A stretch of DNA of 64,000 nt, from positions 1 to 64,000 of the IMG/VR virus record IMGVR_UViG_3300015371_000014. One strand, 5' to 3'. Positions 57,458-64,000 of this stretch are shown here, piece after piece (position 1 is the first letter of the stretch; each line of letters opens with the position of its first letter). Source of the DNA: a virus. The notes under the pieces are model-generated. The model saw only the letters and a list, made by a program, of their open reading frames with translations, had not been told where the DNA came from and did no database searches. The translations under genes and the position numbers were made by a program.

Positions 57458-57715
57458 TTAGGCCCTTATGCCAAGAGCGGTAGCTTGCTCTGTGGTGAGT
57501 TCAATCTCGTCCATGACGGCGATTGACCACCCTTCAATCACTTTCTTGATTGACAAGGCTCCATACGCTCGTCTGATGTAGATCGCTGTCCTGCCGGTTT
57601 TTGTCCTTTCCTTACTCCAGACGCATTCATACCCGTTATCGATCAGGGATCTAACCATTGCCTCATAGGATGCAATCGCCTCCCTGGAACGAGTTTCTCT
57701 ACTTGCTGCCAACAC
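57458..57715 (-). CDS. Hypothetical protein
   Basis: GTG 57715 downstream of the promoter at 57759-57787. Confidence 0.5.
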   Translation of the reverse strand: MLAASRETRSREAIASYEAMVRSLIDNGYECVWSKERTKTGRTAIYIRRAYGALSIKKVIEGWSIAVMDEIELTTEQATALGIRA

Positions 57716-57758
57716 GACTCCCTCTACGACATGGGATTCCGACTTCCCATCTGGTCGT

Positions 57759-57787
57759 ACCTTACCACAACTATGGTGCTTTGTCAA
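57759..57787 (-). promoter_or_regulatory. Sigma70-type promoter
   Basis: TTGACA-17-TAAGGT; near twin of 55029-55057. Confidence 0.7.
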
Positions 57788-58035
57788 GAGTATCTGTTGC
57801 GTCTCTGGAGGAATTGTCGCTTCTCCTCCAGAGAGGAAAACACCCTGTTTCCGGCTCGCTGGTTGCAGTGGAAGCAAGACGCGACGAGATTGCTGCGAGC
57901 ATTGCCGCCACCACGAGAGCCAGGGATAACGTGGTCTACCGTGGTGGCGAATCTCCCGCAATAGATACAGGTGTAATTGTGTTCCTTGAGGACGGATCGA
58001 TGAACGGTCTTACCAGGACGGATCCTCCGACCCAC
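57784..58035 (-). CDS. HNH endonuclease
   Basis: CIYCG..TVDHVIP.SRGG...NLVASCFHCN. Confidence 0.85.
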   Translation of the reverse strand: MGRRIRPGKTVHRSVLKEHNYTCIYCGRFATTVDHVIPGSRGGGNARSNLVASCFHCNQRAGNRVFSSLEEKRQFLQRRNRYS

Positions 58036-59986
58036 TGTCGTTCTCCTCATCAAAGAGCGTCCCAGCCGGAACCATCGTTCGGGGTGTGATGAGGAGGTGT
58101 TCTGGCAAGGGGATATACGGGTCAGAACCGATAGGTGATGACTCACGGTGACCGGCATAGCGGAAGCGGCCAGTAGCTCGATCAAAGAGGAACTCACAGA
58201 TCCCGACTTCGCCTGTGATGCCCTCTTTGCGGTGCTTGGCGATTTCCACCAGGGTCTTCCCCTTGTCTTCACCGAACATGACGCGGTTGATGGTAACAAA
58301 GACATCCGCCTTGTTGTACCAGTGCATCGCGCCAGCTGCCTCCATCGGAGAGGGGTTGCGATCCATGGTTTTGGCGGTGTCTGGCTTACGGGGGTGGATC
58401 ACGATGATGGCGGAACAGTTCCGTCGCTTGCACCACTGGCGAATCGTGGAGAGGGACTGAGAGATATATTCCTCCACCGTCGCCCCTTTATTACGGGCAG
58501 ACTCGCACTCATTCCAGGGATCGATGACCAGCACATTCATGCCTGACTTGATCACCGCTGGCTCTGCCTGCGCGAGGATCTTCGGTATCGTCAGCGCGGC
58601 GAATCCCTGCGCGTTGTTCTCCTCCGCGTAGATCTCGAAGAACTTATCCCCAACCCAGTCGGCTGCGATCTCCACCGCTTCCCAGGAGGGACGCTTCTCT
58701 GCGCTGGGGAGGAAGGGCGCATCGAGAATGATCTGCACGAACTTGCCCAGCATCTCCCCTTCCTCGCCCATCTCTGGTGAGTACAACCCGACCCGCCAGT
58801 CGTTGATGCGAGCGAGGTTAGTGAGGAAATGGTTCAACCAGGAGGTCTTACCTCTGCCAGGGTATCCAGAGACGATGTAGAGCTTGCCAAGCTCAGGCCG
58901 GAAATAGTGATCAAATTCCTCCCAGCCAGAGCTAACCCCAGGAGCATATCCGTGGTCGTAGATCCGTCGTAGAGCTTCCTTCTGTTCACTGAGGGGCCTG
59001 AGGCCAGGGGTTGGGGCCGGGATGGCGTGACTGAGGATGTGATCGAGCTTCTTCGCTCCGTCTCGTACCAGTACCTCATTCGCATCCTTCGCACCCCATT
59101 TGTTCCAGTGGACTTGCCAACACTTCATTGGTCCTAGCGTTTCGATCAGATAGCTAGCGAGCGCCTTACCCTCGATGTCAGCGTCTGTGGCAATGATGAC
59201 TCGATCAGCATCTTCGAAGAGCTTCCTGGCCTCAGGGGTTTCGAACGCCGCACCCTTCTTGCCGATCTCTGCCACCTTGCCGGTAGCTTTCTTGCCCTCA
59301 TAGATCTGACCCGGTGCGCCATCAGGAGAAGAGACGGCTTTCCAGCCTGCGATGTGACAGGCGATGACATCGAACTCCCCCTCCGTGATCACGATCACCT
59401 TACTGCCTTGACACCTGTCAATATTGAACAGGGTGCGGGCAGCGCCCCTGGTCTGGCGGAACTCCTTCGGCAAAGTACGGGACTTGACATTGACCAGCTT
59501 GCCATCGAGGTAGTACGGGATGTGAACCGTCCTGGCAATCTCTCCGTTCTCCATCTTCTTGGCAGTGGAAGTAATCCCGAACTCAACCGCGACCTTAGTC
59601 GGGATTGCTCGCTCCTCCTCCAGCCACGTTTCGGCCCAATCCTCTAACGTGTTCGAAGGGAGGACTGCGGCGGGATAGGCTTGTGGCGCAAATTCAGCCC
59701 CTCTGGCGCGTGTTTGCACGCGAATAGGGTTAGGATCCATCTTGGCCTCCCGGCCTAGCTTGTGAGCCTCAGATTTAAGGGAACCGGAATAGCCGCAGCG
59801 ATGGCAGTTCCAGACGCCATCCTCGATGTTGACGCTCAGATCCCGGTGATTCCGATTGCTCCAGCTGTGGCTCTCAGAACACTCCGGACAACGCGTCTTG
59901 ATATCCCTTCCGGAATAGGAAGAGGCGGGGAACTCAATCCCCACCTCCGCGAACGTGACACCAATCTCCGCTTCGATTGATGACAT
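58010..59986 (-). CDS. Primase-helicase (Zn finger + TOPRIM + SF4; T7 gp4/Twinkle-like)
   Basis: CPEC..CHRC, ITEGEFD, ATDAD, KDANE, GYPGRGKT, LVIDPW. Confidence 0.93.
   Translation of the reverse strand: MSSIEAEIGVTFAEVGIEFPASSYSGRDIKTRCPECSESHSWSNRNHRDLSVNIEDGVWNCHRCGYSGSLKSEAHKLGREAKMDPNPIRVQTRARGAEFAPQAYPAAVLPSNTLEDWAETWLEEERAIPTKVAVEFGITSTAKKMENGEIARTVHIPYYLDGKLVNVKSRTLPKEFRQTRGAARTLFNIDRCQGSKVIVITEGEFDVIACHIAGWKAVSSPDGAPGQIYEGKKATGKVAEIGKKGAAFETPEARKLFEDADRVIIATDADIEGKALASYLIETLGPMKCWQVHWNKWGAKDANEVLVRDGAKKLDHILSHAIPAPTPGLRPLSEQKEALRRIYDHGYAPGVSSGWEEFDHYFRPELGKLYIVSGYPGRGKTSWLNHFLTNLARINDWRVGLYSPEMGEEGEMLGKFVQIILDAPFLPSAEKRPSWEAVEIAADWVGDKFFEIYAEENNAQGFAALTIPKILAQAEPAVIKSGMNVLVIDPWNECESARNKGATVEEYISQSLSTIRQWCKRRNCSAIIVIHPRKPDTAKTMDRNPSPMEAAGAMHWYNKADVFVTINRVMFGEDKGKTLVEIAKHRKEGITGEVGICEFLFDRATGRFRYAGHRESSPIGSDPYIPLPEHLLITPRTMVPAGTLFDEENDSGSEDPSW
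59408..59421. promoter_or_regulatory. Palindrome TTGACACCTGTCAA
   Basis: Inside the primase-helicase CDS (IDRCQ). Confidence 0.85.
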
Positions 59987-59997
59987 CGTATTCCTCT

Positions 59998-60843
59998 CTA
60001 GTTTCCGTTGACCTTCGGGTGCGCCCAGCGCTCTTTCTTGATCCAGCTAGACAACTGGGGGATGAACTTATCTTCTGTTCTCTCCTCCAACCACACCTCC
60101 AACCAGCGTTGATGACCCTGCCAGATCGCGTGCTGCTCCTGTTGAGTCAGTTCGGGTCCGTTACTAAAGAGTTCCTCCCACGCTTCCATCGCCCACTGGC
60201 GAGCTTGTGGCGTCTGGCCTCGATCCTTGGGGTGGTTCTTGATCAGGGCATCGAGGAACTTCAGGTGGTCTTGATGGTCTTTCCACCAGGGGGAGAGATA
60301 GGGCGTGCTGGGGAGGAGATCGCCGTTACCGCGCCGTGTCGGTTCGGGCTGGGGCTGTGGTGTCTCCCAAGGGTCGGGGACGGGTTCCGCATCGAAGATC
60401 TGCTGTGCGGCTCTGTAGACGTTTTCATCCCGTTGGCTCTGGATGATCGGCACGTCTGGCCGGGGCTTCTCGACAGGCTTCTCTGGTGCTTCCGGCAGGA
60501 ACGGCATGATGTAGTACTCATCAGGCTTCCCGGCACGCGGCACCACTTTGAGAAAGCCAAGCTCGCGCAGCTTCTGGATGGCTGCGACACAGGCGTCTTC
60601 TTTGAAGTTGAACTCCTCTCCTCCAGCCGCCCGATGAGCGACTGTTGCTACAAGGTTCTTGGTGACCTTCCCGCCATTGCCCAGAGAGCAGAGGGCGAGG
60701 TAGGTGCGGAGAACGGTGCTTGGTTGTTTGAGGAGAAGATCGAGAACGGGGTGATAGAGAACAGTAAAGCCAACTGAGGGGGGATTCTTGACGACCGCGT
60801 CGTCTGTGGGTTGATTTTTAGGGGTGGATGTGTTAGGGTCCAC
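59998..60843 (-). CDS. Replication initiator-like protein
   Basis: N-terminal winged helix, Pro-rich linker, C-terminal FIPQLSSWIKKERW; adjacent to the helicase. Confidence 0.7.
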   Translation of the reverse strand: MDPNTSTPKNQPTDDAVVKNPPSVGFTVLYHPVLDLLLKQPSTVLRTYLALCSLGNGGKVTKNLVATVAHRAAGGEEFNFKEDACVAAIQKLRELGFLKVVPRAGKPDEYYIMPFLPEAPEKPVEKPRPDVPIIQSQRDENVYRAAQQIFDAEPVPDPWETPQPQPEPTRRGNGDLLPSTPYLSPWWKDHQDHLKFLDALIKNHPKDRGQTPQARQWAMEAWEELFSNGPELTQQEQHAIWQGHQRWLEVWLEERTEDKFIPQLSSWIKKERWAHPKVNGN

Positions 60844-60886
60844 TTGCGTATGCCTCCTCACAGGCTATCGCGTCTGCGGACGGAAG

Positions 60887-60919
60887 GGGAGCGGGATAGG
60901 CACCGCTCCCTATTCTTTT
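60887..60919. terminator. GC hairpin between the parB-like and rep genes
   Basis: GGGAGCGG-8-CCGCTCCC then TATTCTTTT on +. Confidence 0.5.
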
Positions 60920-60955
60920 GCCCGTCCTGCAAGTATATCCTATCGTGTCAATGCT

Positions 60956-62254
60956 TTAGAACGGTGCTTCCTCCTCGTCTTCATTGGCGAAGAAGGTTTC
61001 GGTCAGGGAATCCGTTGCGCCCTCGACGTATGCCTTGACATCGTCTGGCATCTCGTCGTCTTCCTCTTCCTCCTCGACCACGGTGAAATCCTTGAAGGAC
61101 ACATCGGCGGCATCATGAACCGTTGTCTCATCGGGCATGCCAGCCTCTTCCCATTCCTCTGTTGCGGCGTCGTAGGCAGCGATCTCTTCCACGACCGGGC
61201 TGGTGCCCAACAGATCGAGGATGTACTTCAGGGTGTCCTTGGCTTCCTTCTGGTCGTCGGTCAGCTTCTTGACGTGGCTGAACTCAACGCTTGCCATGGT
61301 GAGCAGCTGAACGATGTTGTTGAGCCGGTCTTCCTTGGTGACCTTGCTCTGGCGCGTTTTCTTCTCAGGCGTGGCAAGCTCGCGTGGCTCATCTCCACCC
61401 GTAAGTTCGAATCCCTGCTCCTCATTGATCAGGTCCGCGCTGCTCTCAAGCTCCGCATCATCGTAAGGAAGCTCGCCCTTGTCATCGAAGAGGGATGAGG
61501 GAAGGTCGTTTTCCAGGGACTGCACAACGTTGAACTTGCGAGCCTCGATAACCTCGTCGGAGGTAATGCGGCCATTCTGATCGAGGATTGCCAGCAGGCG
61601 AGCCGTCCCAGCAGGCCCAAGACGAGAGGCATGCTTGGCGCTCCATGGCTTCATCTTGTCCTGCTCAACCGCCTTGAACAGGCGCGGGTGCAGCTTCTGG
61701 CCGATGTCGCGCAGCGCACGCACTGTCTCCAGAGGGGTACCGGAAGCCGCCGCAATGGTCTGCTCCGTGTAACCCTGCTCCATTAGATCCTTGACCGTCC
61801 GCGCATCACCCGTGACGTTCTCACCGCGCTTGTAGTTCATGCTCAGAGAGCGGAGCTTCAGGTCGCGCTGGGTCTTGCGAGGGTTGATCACTGCCGGGAT
61901 AGAGGAGAACCCATTCGCTCCCTCTGCGTGCAGCATATTGAAGGTCTTGAGCCGTCGTCGCCCCTCGACCACCACGTAGCGATCTCCGACCGCCTCAACC
62001 ACGATGGGAACTTCTAGTCCGTTGGCGCGAACGTCATCCACGAAGCTCTCCGTGGGGTAGTCGCCAATATCCTCCCAGCCATCGATGTCACCCAGAGCGA
62101 TCAGGCGGGACTGGAATGCCTTTGGGGTAACCTGTGCGGTGGTCAGAACCGGAAACGATGGCCCATCGGCCTCGCCGCCATTCCCATTCGCCGCGACCTT
62201 TGGCTGCGCGACTTCCGCCTCTGCCTCTACCGTTTGCTTCTTCACTCGTGGCAC
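60956..62254 (-). CDS. ParB/RepB/Spo0J-family protein with HTH and long acidic tail
   Basis: GLEVPIVV..YVVVEGRRRL, SMNYKR, HTH YTEQTIAAASGTPLETV. Confidence 0.88.
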   Translation of the reverse strand: MPRVKKQTVEAEAEVAQPKVAANGNGGEADGPSFPVLTTAQVTPKAFQSRLIALGDIDGWEDIGDYPTESFVDDVRANGLEVPIVVEAVGDRYVVVEGRRRLKTFNMLHAEGANGFSSIPAVINPRKTQRDLKLRSLSMNYKRGENVTGDARTVKDLMEQGYTEQTIAAASGTPLETVRALRDIGQKLHPRLFKAVEQDKMKPWSAKHASRLGPAGTARLLAILDQNGRITSDEVIEARKFNVVQSLENDLPSSLFDDKGELPYDDAELESSADLINEEQGFELTGGDEPRELATPEKKTRQSKVTKEDRLNNIVQLLTMASVEFSHVKKLTDDQKEAKDTLKYILDLLGTSPVVEEIAAYDAATEEWEEAGMPDETTVHDAADVSFKDFTVVEEEEEDDEMPDDVKAYVEGATDSLTETFFANEDEEEAPF

Positions 62255-62304
62255 TGGATCCTCCTGGTTTCTCTCTGCCGGGGAACTCCCCCGACCACAC
62301 TTAC

Positions 62305-62333
62305 AAGATAGCAGACCTTACACCCTCTGTCAA
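62305..62333 (-). promoter_or_regulatory. Promoter of the parB-like gene
   Basis: TTGACA-17-TATCTT with TG extension. Confidence 0.7.
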
Positions 62334-62352
62334 GGGTTTTTCTGTACCAATT

Positions 62353-62366
62353 TTGACAGGTGTCAA
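62353..62366. promoter_or_regulatory. Palindrome TTGACAGGTGTCAA
   Basis: Intergenic, 19 bp upstream of the parB-like -35 box. Confidence 0.85.
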
Positions 62367-62370
62367 CTCC

Positions 62371-62712
62371 CTATCCTCCGCACGCCCACCACACGCTGCC
62401 AAGGTGAGCGGCGGTCCAATAGATCTGGGTCACGCCATCGGCATACGCCACGCTGCCCCATGTTGCATCGTTGATTTGTAGTAATCCCACATCGGTCCCG
62501 CCATACGGATTCGGGTGAACAGCTGTCGGATCTCCTCTACTCTCACAGAAGATCAACCACATGATGGTGTCCACACACCCCTGGTCACCACAGGCGTCTT
62601 CTACGTAAGGTCGCCACTGTTCCACGGCGGATGAGTACTGTGCGTTTGCTGCCGCCCCACTGAGTGTCAAGCCCATCAGGGCGATGCTTGCTGCGAGTAC
62701 AAACCGCTTCAT
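62371..62712 (-). CDS. Secreted SLT/lysozyme-like protein
   Basis: Signal peptide; CESRGDP, GLLQIN, WWAC. Confidence 0.8.
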   Translation of the reverse strand: MKRFVLAASIALMGLTLSGAAANAQYSSAVEQWRPYVEDACGDQGCVDTIMWLIFCESRGDPTAVHPNPYGGTDVGLLQINDATWGSVAYADGVTQIYWTAAHLGSVWWACGG

Positions 62713-63052
62713 ACCACGTCCCTTCTCTCTTGTTACGGTCTTCGTCCTGGCCTATCTGTGTTGGTGATCTTCTCTACCTCATAGAAGTGGAGCTTTCCAT
62801 CCATCGTTTCTTCACAGATAGCACTCGCCACTACGCCCAAATAGACGTTGGTGTCTTCGTCGTTGTAGGTGGCGATCTCCCGCAGTAGGTCTTGTCGATC
62901 CTCACGGGAGAGACGAAAAAACAGTCCCACGATGACATCCCGAATTTCGTGGTTCACAAGGTTCTGGATCTTGACCCGAATGAGGTTCCCCTGTCGGGCG
63001 TAGCGAAGCTCAGCGTTATCCTTGTAGCCGATAACCGCCATGGGATTGGTCA

Positions 63053-63658
63053 TCAGTAGCTCTCCAGCATCCTCTCCACGACCTCTGGGGCTAGCAACGT
63101 GGCCCACTTCCCATGCGCGATCATCATGACAGGATTGGCCGCGTTCAGGTTCACGATCCAAGTCTTCTTGTTGGTCTTGTCGTAGACAATCTCCCTGGCA
63201 AGCCCGTGGTCAACTCGCCACAGGAATCGCTCGTAGCTGATCACGAAGACCGCATCGGTAAAGACCTGGGCGATCAGGATCGGGAGTCCATTCTCCCTGC
63301 GCCACAAATGGAGTGGTCCTAACTCCTCGTCTTTGAGAATCACCCCCATCCTGGGAGTCTTCGCTGACTGGTTGGAAAACTTCACTTCAACCACAAACAC
63401 CGGCACATGGAGGTAGGCATCGATCACCAGGATATCGGGACACTTCCCCTCGCCCTCTCGCTCTCGATGCGCCTGAAAGTGACTGGCGAACTCTTCTCCT
63501 TCCTCGTACGCCGTGCCATCTGAGGTACCCAGAGGTTCAGCCCTGTGCGTGCCGGTTGAGGACACCCACCAGGACACGAGTTGCTCTGCCTGTGACCCCA
63601 TCCCGTGCCGGTAGGTGAAGTCCTGCCCACGGGGAGCGGGGATTCTAGAACGGCTCAT
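63053..63658 (-). CDS. AccI-family-like PD-(D/E)XK endonuclease
   Basis: G.QAEQLV, GKCPDILV, VEVK, ILKDEELGPL..W, QVF.D. Confidence 0.65.
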   Translation of the reverse strand: MSRSRIPAPRGQDFTYRHGMGSQAEQLVSWWVSSTGTHRAEPLGTSDGTAYEEGEEFASHFQAHREREGEGKCPDILVIDAYLHVPVFVVEVKFSNQSAKTPRMGVILKDEELGPLHLWRRENGLPILIAQVFTDAVFVISYERFLWRVDHGLAREIVYDKTNKKTWIVNLNAANPVMMIAHGKWATLLAPEVVERMLESY

Positions 63659-63995
63659 CGTACGTGCCAACCGCATATTCGGTGACTACAGCACCAGAGC
63701 CGGGAGGGCCGAAGTCAGGAACGTACGGTTCACAATCATCATCCCTGTTGTCGTAATCAAACATCGCCCTGGAGAGAGCTTTGGTGTATGCCAGTAAGCG
63801 ATCAAGTGTCTGACTCATCTCCTCTCGATCATCGGTATTCAGTTCTTGGATGGCCTTCCCATCCACCATCAACACCAGACAGTCAGCCTCTTCCACAAGC
63901 TCTAGAGGTATCCCGGCCTCTACCTCCAAGAGTTGAACCTTCTTGTCCAGGGCGACAAGCCAATCGGGAGTCTGATCCGTGTCGAGATTATTCAA
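63645..63995 (-). CDS. Acidic hypothetical protein (may extend past the window)
   Basis: Ends YDEPF. Confidence 0.5.
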   Translation of the reverse strand: MNNLDTDQTPDWLVALDKKVQLLEVEAGIPLELVEEADCLVLMVDGKAIQELNTDDREEMSQTLDRLLAYTKALSRAMFDYDNRDDDCEPYVPDFGPPGSGAVVTEYAVGTYDEPF

Positions 63996-64000
63996 GTCCG

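Larger units (their letters stand above)
1..64000. mobile_element. Tailed dsDNA bacteriophage (siphovirus-like) genome segment
   Basis: Canonical order TerS-TerL-portal-protease-capsid-neck-tube-chaperone-tape measure-tip-lysis on +; replication/nucleotide genes on -; dense overlapping ORFs; no tail sheath; no host genes. Confidence 0.97.

Noticed and set aside
57784-58035. HNH as part of an intron or intein
   Set aside because: Free-standing gene; neighbouring genes are uninterrupted.
60932-60951. Promoter for the rep gene (TTGACA and TATACT on minus)
   Set aside because: The boxes are only 8 bp apart.
2335-62366. Palindrome as matS, canonical parS, FNR box or plain promoter
   Set aside because: It differs from matS (13 bp, GTGAC-RNY-GTCAC) and parS (TGTTTCACGTGAAACA). 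It resembles FNR geometry, but the fixed core and intragenic sites do not fit, and I identified a matching -10 only at 17374.
1-64000. CRISPR array, DGR or retron
   Set aside because: No regularly spaced repeats, no RT motifs, and no template/variable repeat pair found by eye.
1-64000. Alternative genetic code
   Set aside because: Long genes are intact under the standard code and all three stop codons are used.

Overview
This window is a contiguous stretch of a tailed dsDNA phage genome of siphovirus type, roughly 55-60% GC by eye, with no host housekeeping genes. The plus strand (1-49.9 kb) runs in this order: small accessory genes (LexA-type DNA-binding domain, SLOG protein, secreted zincin), a putative fibre/appendage module (5.8-11.0 kb), a ParB-domain protein, TerS, TerL, portal, a ~660-nt non-coding island with two aberrant tRNA-like elements and structured RNA, prohead protease, capsid, neck, tail tube, chaperones, a 2582-aa tape measure, a 2049-aa multi-LamG adhesin, tail tip, and a lysis module with a triple-catalytic endolysin. 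The minus strand (49.7-64 kb) carries thyX, nucleases, MazG-like proteins, HNH, primase-helicase, a replication initiator, a ParB-like protein, a lysozyme-like protein and an AccI-like endonuclease. I found no integrase, ParA, DNA polymerase, reverse transcriptase or CRISPR array. The strongest unexplained signal is a 14-bp palindrome, TTGACA-NN-TGTCAA. It occurs 13 times, plus one 13-bp variant, about every 5 kb across the whole window: inside genes, on stop/start junctions, on the capsid-operon promoter and next to the parB-like promoter. It resembles a KorB/parS-like genome-wide operator system. Host-like secreted-protein signatures hint at a Chloroflexota (Thermomicrobiales-like) host, but this is inference. 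All product calls come from motif recognition by eye, not database searches.
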